Positions 50,021-63,535 of a stretch of DNA of 64,000 nucleotides are shown here, in pieces (position 1 is the first letter of the stretch; every line of letters starts with the position of its first letter). A program made the translations under genes and the position numbers. The DNA comes from Eledone cirrhosa (taxonomy: Eukaryota), in the NCBI GenBank assembly GCA_964016885.1, contig OZ024741.1, forward strand, positions 37,882,001 to 37,946,000, in the 5' to 3' direction. The notes under the pieces were generated by a model that did no database searches, was not told the origin of the DNA, and saw only the letters and a program-made list of their open reading frames with translations.

Positions 50021-50232
50021 GTGGATTGGCAGTATCGGTAGAGAGTCGGCAACCATGCTTTGCAGCATAGAGTTACGGCCCTTCACGGTCTGAGTTCAAA
50101 TTCGGCCGAGGTTAACTTTGCCTTTCATCCTTACAGGATCGATAAAATAAAGTACCAGTCAGGCACTGAGGTCGATTTAATCTACTCCCTCCTCCCCCAA
50201 TTGCTGGCCTTGTGCCTATATAAGAATCCATT
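50021..50232 (+). mobile_element. tRNA-derived SINE S1 (a 3' fragment precedes it at ~49930-50010)
   Basis: A box TGGCAGTATCGG, B box GAGTTCAAATTC, S1 body. Confidence 0.8.
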
Positions 50233-50831
50233 ATTGTAATTTGCGGCACTTCTTTCCCCAACTCATCACTTTGACCTAGCTACAGTCCTGAGTCTAACAC
50301 CAACCAAGTTTGGGCGCCTGGTATGTATAGTGCTATCAGGTGTTCACGGCACTTTACCAGACGGACAGCACTACAGGATGCCAGAAAACAAAGGTTGCTT
50401 TCTATAGAAGGTTAGTGGAAGTTGTGAGCCGTTTTAAGCGAAACGAGGATAGCTAGAACATACTCTACCAGCGGATTTTCTTGTCGGGGATTATGGACAA
50501 TTTTCAAATATCTTTGGCCTGGCAGTAATACAGATGGTCAAGACCAGTTCACCCAGCAAGGAAGTACCAACAACCGGGAATTTCTGAGATGCACAAAACC
50601 GTCCTACACGAATCCGGGGTTTTGTGTGAGGTTTTTCCTAGATTCATCCCCATTATTGGGGAACTGTTTCTAGTCAACATTTATGATTGTCTTGTATTGT
50701 TATCATGACTATTTATTACTATTTTGTTGTTATACCAACTTTTTTTCTTAGTTCATTTCCCCTTACCTGCACTCGATGTAAATCTCACTGAAAGTTCCGT
50801 TATTCTTCAGAAAACCAGCCAAAATTATATC

Positions 50832-50999
<168 letters not shown>

Positions 51000-51282
51000 T
51001 TAACCAACCATGGGGAAACTGTGACCCGTTTGGCTTTCTAAATGGCATGCCTAATTTCAAAATTGCCTTGTTTTAGTAGTGTGGCTCACCTTATGATGAG
51101 CCACATCCTATGTGGCCCCGCTGTTCGAAAAGGTTGCCCATGTCTGGCTTAAACCATTGAAAACTTACCTAGATAAATAAAAAATTAAAGAAGTAATCAA
51201 ACATTTTGAAATAATCAAAACCAATTTCCCGTTGTCCTTTTTCTGTATAATTCTACAATATTTTCACCGAAACATTCCACAC

Positions 51283-51628
51283 TGCGTGGATAGGCTGAAC
51301 AGTTCATAGGCTGACTATGAAGGAGTGATGCTAGAGCTGTGAAATCTTGCATGCATTAATTTCAACTCTTCTTATTAGTAACTGCGTTGTTTTTTTCCAG
51401 GGACTATGTTGAAAAATAAACCTCATTTGGTCATTTCATGAGAGCATCTTGGTCAGCTTATGCAGGAGTGATGTTAGAGCTGTGAAATCTTGCATGCATT
51501 AATTTCAACTCTTCTTATTAATAACTGTGTTGTTTCTTTCCAGGGACTATGTTGAAAAATAAACCTAATTTGGTCATTTCATGAGAGTATCTTGGTCAGC
51601 CTATGAACATTACAGCCTTCCCTCGTAT
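51283..51628. mobile_element. Tc1/mariner-type MITE, same family as 16-357
   Basis: GGCTGAACAGTTCATAGGCTGAC / GTCAGCCTATGAACATTACAGCC..CCCTCGTA TIRs; two ~150-bp internal units. Confidence 0.7.
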
Positions 51629-52083
51629 ATTATATTGCCCTCTCAGGAATAGATGCAAATAGTTCTCTAATTAATTTTGAAGTTAATTTGGCAATTATTG
51701 TCATTATATTTATTTGACAGCTCCCACCTCGGTTTTACGAACGAGCCAATGTTGACTTGAGCAAATCGCAATGGCTGTCCATGTCGTGCCTTGATATAAT
51801 CTTCATTAGTTTAACAGTGTAAGTTGCGTGCAACATTTAGTTGTTGGCTGCACAGATCACAAACTGAAGAGACTTCTACAGTCTAATTAGAACAGACAGA
51901 TACCCGTGTATTGGAATATAAATGCATCTTTCCCGACACGGACCGCATCAGGAAACTAGTTAAATGGGAATTTACAGGGGCTATAAGCAACAAATGGTGA
52001 TGGGTCTCGCTAGAAGAAAAATAACATTTACATCAGTTAGCTTTAGTAAAAGATAAAGAGCTCGGAAATCGCTTAGAAATAAT

Positions 52084-52302
52084 GATTTCTAGTATAGGCA
52101 CAAGACCAGTAATTTGGGAGGAGGGGTAAGTCGATTAAATCAGCCCCAGTACGTTACTGGTGCTTTATTTTATCGACCCCGTAATGATGAAAAGCAAAGT
52201 TAACTTCGGCGGGATTTGAACTCAGAACGTAAAGCGGCATAACTCTATGCTGCAAAACATGGCGTCCGACTCTCTACCGATACTGCCAATCCACCGCCCT
52301 TG
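52084..52302 (-). mobile_element. Full-length SINE S1 with 17-bp target-site duplication
   Basis: AATCGCTTAGAAATAAT at 52067-52083 and 52303-52319. Confidence 0.85.
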
Positions 52303-52319
52303 AATCGCTTAGAAATAAT

Positions 52320-52440
52320 TGTTTCTACTTATGGCACAAGGCCAGCAATTACCCAGTGCATTACTGGTACTTTATTTTATCGACCCCGTAAGGATAAAAG
52401 GCAAAGTTAACCTCGGCGGGATTTGAACTCAGACTGTAAA
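52320..52440 (-). mobile_element. SINE S1, 5'-truncated
   Basis: S1 body on the - strand. Confidence 0.75.
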
Positions 52441-52934
52441 ATGAACAGAAAAAATGTTTTCATTAAGTCTTAACATCATGAAATGAGTTAGGAAATATTT
52501 TCAAAAAAGTTTCTTTATTCAGATGTTTATAGTATCTTTACTAGTTGACAGATTGATGTGGAAATGTGCAGTTTTCATGTAAAGATTTCGATTTTGAATG
52601 TGATGCATTTATAGTGCTGATTTCCTTGTCAATAATGTCTTGTTAGTGCGGTTTCATGCGGTACAGGATATTAATGGTTAATAACTGGGGTATTTCAATC
52701 ACACATACATACGCGCACACACACATACTCCAACACACACACACAGACTCACATACGCACACATTCCCATATACACACGTACACACACGCTCATACACAC
52801 ACGCACTCACACACACATGGTCACATTAGAAATTGTGGAACTTTATGCACCTCTGAAGAGTGTTATCATTTACATGCGATGAATCGTGTTTAGACATAAA
52901 AAGAAATACAGAATTTCATTAACGTTAAGAAAGA

Positions 52935-53851
52935 AGTCTAAGTGTGTTAACTGAGTCTAAGTGTGATAACTAAGTCTAAGTGAGATAACTGAGTCTAAGT
53001 GAGCTGAGTCTAAGTGAGCTAACTGAGTCTAATTGAGCCGGCTGAGCCTAAGCGAGCTAACTGAGTCTAAGTGAGCCAACTGAGTCTAATTGAGCCAACT
53101 GAGTCTAATTGAGCCAACTGAGTCTAATTGAGCCAACTGAGTCTAATTGAGCCAACTGAGTCTAATTGAGCCAACTGAGTCTAAGTGAGCCAACTGAGCC
53201 TAATTGAGCCAACTGAGTCTAATTGAGCCAACTGAGTCTAATTGAGCCAACTGAGTCTAAACGAGCCAACTGAGTCTAATTGAGCCAACTGAGTCTAAGT
53301 GAGCTAACTGAGTCTAAGTGAGTTAACTGAGCCTAAGTGAGCTAACTGGGTCTAAGTGAGCTGAGTCTAAGTGAGCTAATTGAGCCTAAGTGAGATAACT
53401 GAGTCTAGGTGAGATGAGTCTCAGCGAGCTGAGTCTAAGTCAACTGAGTCTAAATGAGCTAACTGAGTCTAAGTGAGCTAACTGAGTCTAAGTGAGATGA
53501 GTCTAAGCGAGCCGACTGAGTCTAAGTGAGATAACTGAGTCTAAGTGAGCTGACCCTAAGTGATCTAACTGAGTCTAAGTGACATAACTGAGTCTAAATG
53601 AGCTGAGTCAAAGTGAGCCAACTGAGTCTAAGTGAGCTAACTGGGTCTAAGTGAGATGAGTCTAAGTGAGTTAACTGAGTCTAATGAGCTGAGTCTAGGT
53701 GAGCTGACTGAGTCTAAGTGGAGCTGAGTCTAAGTGAGCTGACTGAGTCTAAGTGAGATAACTGAGTCTAAGTGAGCTGAGTCTAAGTGAGCTGACTGAG
53801 TCCAAGTAAGCTGAGTCTAAGTGAGCTGACTGAGTCTAAGGAAGCTGACTG
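52935..53851. repeat. Minisatellite of mixed 19-bp (AACTGAGTCTAAGTGAGCT) and 15-bp units
   Basis: Contiguous units with no unique spacers. Confidence 0.92.
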
Positions 53852-54676
53852 AACGTTGGGTGAACCATAATTGGCAGAATGTATATCTTAGACGGGAAAA
53901 AGAAATATTTTCTCCGGTGCAGGCCGCAATAGAAGTTTTTGACAGAAATCTGTTTAAATCTGTTTAAATCCAATATTGACAAATAAAACTGAATTCAAAT
54001 TGGAATCGATAAAACAATTCATAGAAAATATATATAAAAAAAAAAATACAAAGGTAAATTGTTTAGCAATCCGTAGAATACAAGTTGGTTATAATTACCA
54101 AGACCAATCTTGGTCACGTCTACCAAATCCACAATGCTTTGCATTAACTTTATTTTATTGACCTCCCTTCCTCCTGAAGGAGTAAGAAAAAAATTGAACT
54201 CGGCAGGATTTGAACTCAAATATGGGCTGTATGTGCTTATAAAGTTTGCATCATATACACAAAAAAAAGCCTTGAATAGTGTGGAGTCATCTTTCTGTAT
54301 TGACAAATCAGGATCTTGATGAACTTGATTCTATAATTTCCAACATAGATTATTGCCAATAGTTACTGGCTGCAATACGGTGTGAGTGTGTCTCCGTGAA
54401 ACATATAATATACAGCAAGCCGAACAGAGAGGAACCAAACTCCCACTGTCACTGGCTCCGTCTCTCCCGCTCTCCCTATCTCTCATTATTATGAGCAAAT
54501 AGGGGCCCACGCGTTGGTTGCCTCGCGGACCCGGCGAGCAGAATAGAGAAATATTTCATTCCGATTCTAGTTCTGATTTCAGTTTCAGAATATCTTTACT
54601 CTCAATAAATTGGTTTCGTTTGATATTTATTCTTGTCTTTCATTGATTTTCATTTAAAGCATTTTTAGACCCCCCC

Positions 54677-54946
<270 letters not shown>

Positions 54947-55161
54947 TATTCAAGTAAAGAAACGTTGGTTGATCAATTAATCTACCGACTGTAGTTGTAA
55001 ACAGACGTAAAGCACTCCACCACTTGTGTTCCTTAAACTATTATCAATAGCGTATCAGTCCAAGTGTCAATACTAGGAGAGAGACGTCTTCGAAATGCGT
55101 ATAACAAGATTATATAATAAATAGAGGATGTAAACATAAAATTGTCTTGCTTCTTTATAAG

Positions 55162-55229
<68 letters not shown>

Positions 55230-55520
55230 ATATATATATATCTATATCTATATATATATATCCAGGGAGTGTTACTGTACGTTCACTCGGGTGAGCTCAC
55301 GATGTTTAGGTTCACGTAGGTATCAAGGTCTAGAGCTAAACAGTGTAGTATAATAATAGAAGAACGAATGGTTAGTCCTTCATTATTGATACGTTTATTG
55401 ATACAGATTGAACCTTGAGCTGATCAATAGCGAAACGCTCGTCACCAACCAATAAACGCAATGAAGCAGTAACCACTTGTCCTTGTTTTATTTTATTATA
55501 TATATATATATGTATATATA

Positions 55521-55692
55521 GGGCGGTGGATTGGCAGTATCAGTAGAGGGTCGGACGCCATGCTTTGCAGCATGGTCTGAGTTCAAATCCCGCCGAGGTT
55601 AACTTTGCCTTTCATCCTTACGGGGTCGATAAAATAAAGTACCAGTAATGCATTGGAGTAATTGCTGGCCTTGTGCCAAAAGTAGAAACAAT
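55521..55692 (+). mobile_element. tRNA-derived SINE S1
   Basis: GGGCGGTGGATTGGCAGTATC..GAGTTCAAATCCCGCC plus S1 body. Confidence 0.8.
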
Positions 55693-55767
55693 TATATATA
55701 TGTATACGTGAACCTAATAAACCTTTATTTGTCTGCCTCTCTGTCTTGTTCCCGTCCAAATTTGCAC

Positions 55768-55845
<78 letters not shown>

Positions 55846-56010
55846 CGGAGAAAGTTTTTTGGCGATACTCCGGCCAAATTACAACTCACTCAACAAACAT
55901 TAGGAAATAAGTGATTATATTCCTAATTAAGCATTCGGGGTGCTAACTAAAAGTATTGCGTGGAAAATTGGCTGTATTATTTCATATGAGACATATCGAA
56001 TATATCTCTT

Positions 56011-56137
56011 CCCAGACGGACGTCTCGTTTCATTATAGGATTCCTACAATTTGGGTGAAATTATACTAATTTATGTAGGAGCTTGTATACCATCAATAGA
56101 TATATATTCAAGTGGGCTCCTATAATTCATCAGTGGG
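56011..56137 (-). ncRNA. Type I hammerhead ribozyme motif with large branched loop 2, in orphan island 55842-56530
   Basis: - strand: CCCA-CTGATGA-ATTATAGGA...TCCTATAAT-GAAA-CGAGACG-TC-(CGTC)TGGG. Confidence 0.65.
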
Positions 56138-56546
56138 TGCCCCAATAATACTAATATTGATAAGCTAACCAACATCAGTATTTAGCGATAATCATCATCA
56201 GTGCCTGAGGTATCTGTCAGGTTGCCAGTCCAGCAGTTCTAAAGAAATGCTCAAACTGATTCAAAAATGAGGAAGTAAATTACCGCCAAAAAAAAAATAC
56301 ATGCGCATGACAATGAACTCTAAAAGGAATTTAGGCCACGTGCTAGAACTCAATTGGAAATTGAAAAAATATCTATGTGTGTACAACGTTTGATGACACA
56401 CACAGATATTTTATCGGGCAAAATAACAGAATGAGATATAAGGAACAATCAATATTCATATATAAAAAAAATAAACAAAGAAAGTCTAACCTTATAGCGG
56501 GAATTTCAAATCTGTTGCACCAAGAGTAAATAAATATATATATATT

Positions 56547-56713
<167 letters not shown>

Positions 56714-56733
56714 TATATATATTTATATATATA

Positions 56734-56807
<74 letters not shown>

Positions 56808-56810
<3 letters not shown>

Positions 56811-59800
56811 GAGCACAAATGCACCAGATTTTGGCAACTAACTATATGTATCGATTATCCCTTTAAACCTCTACTCTCTCACGATACTAAAATATTCTAT
56901 TACCGTGCTCCTTCCAGTAGAGCATTTTACTTTATTTGCCATCATGTTGGAGAATCAACCGTTACCCATGTCTCTCAAGTGTATCCCCTTACCTAGTAGA
57001 AAAACTTACCTCAAGCAACTTATCGATGCTACTAACTCGTTTATACGGAGAGTAAGATGGAAGGCCTACCACCTAGATAAGGACATCCGTAACCTTCCAG
57101 AACCTAAGGAGAGATACGACTTCAAAACGTACCGAAACCCACGGCACAACACCTTGCTTGACTCCTTTGAGGAGGACCTGCTCAAGTTGATCAGAAAAAA
57201 TTAAGTTTAAGAACAAATGCCGATGCAGTAATCCATTCTTAATATCCTGGACGCGCTCATCACTAAGATCAAGAATGACCCACACCTCTTCGTTACCTCT
57301 GACAAAACCAAGAAGCTGTATAAGATGGACGTGAGCAAGTACAAACAATTCATTTATAACGAATTACACAAAAATTATTAAAAAAACACCCATTATACCT
57401 TAAATGACATTAATAGAGTAGTGAAGGATATAGTGACTAGCTTAGACATAGATAAGTACACTAACCCATATGTCCCTATGACACCTAGATTCTCTCTTAA
57501 GGATCACAAATGTAATTTTAATGAAAGCCCCTCTATTAGATTAATATGTCCCTCTACATCGGATATAGGTAAGATTAGTAAAGTGATCCTCGATAGAATA
57601 ATACTTGAACTTAATAGCAAAGCTCTGGAACAACACGGACCAGGTAATTAATTGGTTCACCGAGTTGCCCGATAAGACAACTCTAAAGTTCCTCCAGTTT
57701 GACATAGACAGCTACTATGCCTCTATCTCCCTCATACTCTTAAACAAGGCCCTTATTTTAGCTAGATCTAACACTAACCTCACTAAAAAAGAGATAGATA
57801 TAGTACTAGCAGCGCGCAGAACTATCATCCAGTTCGAGGGTTCCCATTGGACCAGAACCAACCGTTCTGATAACTTCGATATCACGATGGGGTCTAGTGA
57901 CTCGGCGCAAGCGACCGACCTGGTTGGAATATACCTCCTCCATAGACTTAGGGACGAGATCCCGGTCCTACAAGGAGGTGTATATAGGGACGACGCCCTA
58001 TTTACCGTTAGAAACCATAGCCCCCGCAGGATAGAGAACCTTAACAAGCGCATACACAGTTTCTTCAAATCACACGGCCTATCCGTAACTATAAACCTCA
58101 ACCACCAGATAGTCAACTTCCTAGACGTGACCCTGGAGTTGAGTACGGGCCTGTACAAGCCATACCATAAGCCTGGCGAGATTCTATCATACATTAATTA
58201 TGCATCAAACCACCCTAAGTCTACTTTCAACTCCATAGTATATAGCATATCCCATAGGATCTCGATGCTTTCCGCCAACGAGGACATCTTCAACCAAGCT
58301 GCTGACTACTACAATAAAGCCTTGGTGGATGCCGGATATAACCGAAGAATCTCCTACCTCCCTAACGCTGACTCTAGAAACCACCCCCATCATAGGACTA
58401 ATGTTATAGTAAGCCATACCTATAAACGAATATGCAGCGGTCATGATAGAGCCAATAACTATAGTATAGAGAATCGCACTAAGAAACACGGCTGTAGCGT
58501 TAACTACCTGGGTGGTGGTGTAGAAGGTCTACCGCATAATAATGGTTATGATATGGGCAACGGTTGCTGCTGTTGCCTACTAAAATTATTCCCTACCTAT
58601 AAGATTAACAATAGCGATGGCCTATTACCTACACCCGCCAACCGGCATTTAGCTACACGTAAACGTAACGCAAGGAAGCCGAGTGCACCCGAGCATAAAG
58701 CGAAGGGGACGCGCAGTAGGCTGCAGCTTAGTAGCAACAATAAGAACGGTTACCTAGCCAACACGACCCGTAGTAAGCCCACGGCTACGCGTAACCGCCA
58801 ACGTAATGTCCTATGGTTCCATCCTCCCTACTCTTGGAGTGTGGCCTCTGACTTACCTAGGATATTCTTCGAAGCCTTAGAGAAGAACTTCCCACCCAAC
58901 CATAAGTACAGGAAAATCCTCAATAAGAACAATATTAAAATTTCCTCCTCCACTACACCTAATCTAGCAGACATCATAGGAATAACTAATTACAGTAAAC
59001 TCACCAAAACACGGCACCATAACAGTGATAGGTTTAGACTTGACAGCAACCCTAATAGCCTTAACGTTTCCCTAACAGCACCCGACAGTGTCGGCGCCAG
59101 CTCCAACAGACGCAACCGACATAACCGCGGCGAAACTGGGGAGCTTGCTTGTGACCTGACGGGTCGCGAGGCGGCAACAGAAGGCGCTGTGGCGTGCGGA
59201 GTAATAGTGGTACTACCCCGCGCGTTACAGGATATAATAGTACTAACTACGGTGATAGTGGCGGTGACGTGGATAATAACATAGGTAGTGATAGTAATAG
59301 CCTTACTTCGGGCACTAGAAGCCACCGTAGCGGCAGCGACCGCAGCCGACACTGCAACTGTCGAGACCAGGGAAGGTGTCCGCTCAGGGGAAGTTGCCTG
59401 ACAGACAATGTTATTTATAGATAGGTGCACCATAACTAGCCATAATAGCGTCAAGCATTATATAGGGGCCACCTCTGGCTCGTTCAAAACTATATTTCGA
59501 ACGCATCTCCACTCTTTTAGAAACAAGAAGCTAAGATACTCCACATCACTCGCCAACTACATCACAACATTGAAAGACTCCAACATTAGCTTCTCCACAT
59601 ACTGGGAAATTGTCAGCAGGGCAACACCGTACAACTTCAAGAGGATGTGTCAGCTCTGCCTCATGGAACTTTATCATATCGTAAGAGCACCCCTCGAGCT
59701 TATCAACAGCAGAGCAGAATCTGTGATAAACTGCAGACACAGATAGAGCAGTAATTCTATGGTTGGACCCCAGTTGACACCTGAACACCATAAACTGCCC

Positions 59801-60212
59801 CACCCCCCACTGCACCAAACCATAACGCGCCGGCGAGCAGGTTGCATAACTAAACATCTGTACACCAACTATGCCTCTTAAATCCGGCTCGACTAGGCAG
59901 CAGTAAAATGGCACCCATAAAACAGTAGTGGAAAACAACCATCATGTGAACGGATAATAAGCCATTTAGGGACATTTATTCAAACACTGGTCAGAGTTAC
60001 TCGCCTTGCTCTGTGACAATAACAACCATGTCTGTTTGAATCAAGAATGAACTTCGATGTGATTATCTTCTTAAAACCCCTTCTGGGTTCTATACTGAAC
60101 ACTTTCTAGATTTGTATGCCCTTGAGAAGCCCTTTTCGGATGAAACATACGTAGGTGCTTTTGTATAAACATGTTCTAACAGTATGTATTCTCCTATGTA
60201 ATACTTTCATTT
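56808..60212 (+). mobile_element. Penelope-like element E, near full length, several frameshifts
   Basis: N-terminal [78 protein letters not shown]; (TA)n flanks. Confidence 0.92.
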
Positions 60213-60284
60213 ATATATATATATATATATAATATATTATTTTTATTCTAGTTGCAATAGGGTTTGTAACTGGCTACTTCTCTG

Positions 60285-60820
60285 CATTGAGATATCACAG
60301 CTCCGATACTATAGACATGTGGTTAGGATGTCTAAGGAAAGAATCACTGGGCAGATTTTACGGGTAAAAATCAACCGACAGGAGACCCAGAAGTAGACCA
60401 GGAGTAATATGGTTGGTTAACATCAATAAGCTCGGTTAGTCCCGCTTGGGGATACAGTCGGATCATGTGGAGAGGGTTACCACTGATAGGACCCTCTGGA
60501 AGACATAACTGAGGACTCCTCCCTCCATGGCCCTCCCAAGAATATATGGGCTAAGTAGAAGAAGGATTAGAAGAAGAAGGATTAGAAGAAGAAGATGCAG
60601 AAGAAAAAGAAGAAGAAATACGAGAGGATCTAGGAGGAGGGGAAGGAGGAGGGGGGGAGAAGAAGAAGAAGCAGAAGGAGCAGAAGAAGAGGAAGAAGAA
60701 GGACGAGAAGAAGAAGAAGAAGAAGAAGAAGAAGAAGAAGAAGAAGAAGAAGAAGAAGAAGAAGAAGAAGAAGAAGAAGAAGAAGAAGAACAACAACAAC
60801 AAGGACGAGAAGAAGAAGAC
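60285..60820 (+). mobile_element. RTE-like LINE 3' fragment with (GAA)n-rich tail
   Basis: CAGCTCCGATACTAT..CATGT..GGAAAGAATC..GGAGACCCAG shared with 38000-38110. Confidence 0.7.
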
Positions 60821-61150
60821 GAGATTGTAGTTGTTGAGTGTTTCAACTACGTCATTGACACTTCCTTTTCACTGACTTTCACAGCTATATAGCAACACCC
60901 GTTCAATGTGCTTTATACAGTCATTTACATTTTCTTTATATGGCATTCAAGAATCCGGAATATAATGCTAGAGATTATAATAGAATAGACAGAGAAAACC
61001 AGAAGGGTGTAAAATAATTTCCTGCGAACTACTTGTTGCACGGGTTAGAGTGACATGAAGAAATCGTCAGGTAATATAGCTGTGTGTGTGTATATGTGTG
61101 TATGTGTGTGTGTGTGTGTGTGTGTGTATGCGTGTGTGTATTTATGTATT

Positions 61151-61185
<35 letters not shown>

Positions 61186-61266
61186 GTGTTTGTATGTGTG
61201 TGCATGTGTGTGCATGTATGTGTATGTATGTGTATATGTGTATACATGTGTGTATGTGTGTGTGTA

Positions 61267-61305
<39 letters not shown>

Positions 61306-61419
61306 AAACTGGTGACACAAGTTACTGCTGGGATACAACAACTTGCATAAAATTAAGGGATAGTTCAACTATTGATGTCAATAGTGACATCTGAATATAT
61401 ATGTATATGTATGTATATA

Positions 61420-61456
<37 letters not shown>

Positions 61457-61692
61457 GCATATACTGTACATAAAACCCCCACACAAACTTACACACACAA
61501 ACATATATACACAGACAAATACATACATGCATACATTCATACATATATACGCCTATATATATATATTTATAACTATGACGATCAACTACCTTGAACTAAA
61601 CAAAACTTCATTTATATATATATTATAGATAATGATATATGTATATGTATGTATGTATATATATGTATAGATATACATATATATATATATAG

Positions 61693-61770
<78 letters not shown>

Positions 61771-62624
61771 ATGAGAAGAAAGAATACTGCGTGGTTGCAC
61801 ATGGGTTACATATGATAAAAATAGTCCTTCATCAGTGATTTTCCAACCTTCATTGGTATTTCATCGCTTTAAAAATCATATACTTCCAGTTGGTGCGAGC
61901 AATAGCTAAATAAAGCTATTGGGACAAGTAAATCGCGTAAAGCGAGCGAGACAGGTAAACAAACATAGAAGGATAGCAACGCAAATATAGGAAAAAACAA
62001 GCACATGGGAGTCCGGTCAGCTTAAACTGTCTGGATGTCATGGGCGAGAGAGACAGCAGACCGTCCGACGCGAGTGAGGTGTGAGCAAGAAAGGACCCCA
62101 CTTCAGGCCAAACGGGAGGAGTGAGAAGGGGAGAAGCAGAGAGTGGGTGAGTGGAAGTGCGAGGAAGAGGCCAGTCGAGAGAAAGTGTAACTGACAGAGG
62201 GGGCGAAAGAAGGTGAAAGAAAAATGAGAGAGGGGGGGGGGGGAAGCAGTAAGAGAGAAACAGACGAACGCAGCTGGGGAAAATATATATAAAAAACATG
62301 AGCACACACACACATATATATATATATAAATATGTAATTGTGTGTTTATACAAAATAACTCACATATACATCCAGTCAGAGGCAGACACAGAGCCCCACC
62401 CTGTAACCCACATATGCACACACATATACATTCATGCTTATACATACACATACACATACACATTTCTGAGTTAGTCGGACAAGGACAGCGTTTCTAATTA
62501 TTTTTCAGGACCTCTTAGTGAGGTAGGTGGAAGGGACGGAGGTATATTCTGACCGGTAATCTGGCCTGGATGATTTCAACAGAATGAACCCAACTAAGTG
62601 ACCACGACCCAACCCGATAAAGGT

Positions 62625-63088
62625 TTCAAATTTAGGCACAATGCCAGCAATTTTAGTGGGTTGGGGTGGGGGGAGAAAGTCGATTGAAACTACTCCGGTA
62701 TTCGATTGATTCTTTAATTTTATTTATCTTAGAGAAATAAAAGTTAAAGTTTACCTCGACGTAACTAAATATCGCAAAATATTTTGTCCGACGCTCTAAC
62801 GATTCTGCTAACATACCACCCTAAAGATTCTGCAAAACCCACCGCCCTCACCTAAGCTAATAGTTGTTTCTACTTTTGGAACAAGGCCAGCAATTATCCC
62901 AGTACATTACTGGTACTTTATTTTATCGACCCCATAAGGATGAAAGGCAAAGTTAACCTCGGCGAGATTTGGACTCAGATCATATTCCGCCGAGGTTAAC
63001 TTTGCCTTTCATCCTTACGGGGTCGATAAAATAAAGTACCAGTCACGCACTGGGAGTCGATTTTAATCGACTTTCCCCTCCCCCAAAA
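62625..63088. mobile_element. Cluster of three S1-related SINEs (62625-62830 -, 62860-62980 -, 62986-63088 +)
   Basis: S1 body in both orientations. Confidence 0.75.
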
Positions 63089-63379
63089 CTAATAATGCGA
63101 CGTGAAGGGCCTGACCCTTTTAAGGACAACTATTCTGAGTCGGTGGAAACAGCTGTGCAATACGACTCCCATGAAATTTACAACCGTCTGCCGATATGTC
63201 ATATCGTTATATAAACGATATTAAACATTATAAGAACCAATTGTGTGTGTGTATGAGCGTGTGTGTGTATAAGCGTGTGTGGGTGTTTGTGTATTACTGT
63301 TTTCATAGCTAATCCGAATATCATACTCAAATACTGAGATTTATCTGTAAATTATATTTTTCAGTCAGTGGAGTACGAG

Positions 63380-63535
63380 ATGTTCGAAGGAACGGGGTCA
63401 CTGGCAGCAACATTTTTGTCATTGCTAGCGGCTCACCTTACTGATGTATCAGTTGATGCTTCTGAAAGTGCTTGGTTATTCCAGCATCTTAGACTCGCTT
63501 TCACTGATCATAATGCCATGAGTGTCTTGGTTAGA
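63380..63535 (+). mobile_element. Possible C-terminal remnant of a CRE-like (restriction-like endonuclease) non-LTR retrotransposon
   Basis: G..AATFLSLLAAHL....ESAWLFQHLRLAF...NA.SVL resembles the W L.QRLS.A..RGNA terminus of CRE ORFs. Confidence 0.4.

Noticed and set aside
51730-51875. Possible CRE-type zinc-knuckle remnant on the - strand (CDLC..HC..ARH)
   Set aside because: Too short and degenerate to support without a profile search.
52935-53851. CRISPR-like regular repeat
   Set aside because: Units are contiguous with no unique spacers, there are no cas genes, and the context is eukaryotic.
55070-55450. Two degenerate hammerhead candidates (CTAGGA..GAAATGCGTATA and TTGATAC..GAAACGCTCGTC)
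   Set aside because: Cores deviate from consensus and stem I is unsupported; at best decayed pLTRs.
61920-62280. GC-richer unique segment as a promoter or enhancer (also 54400-54560 and 39850-40200)
   Set aside because: Only short motifs that occur by chance; no adjacent exon can be supported from sequence alone.
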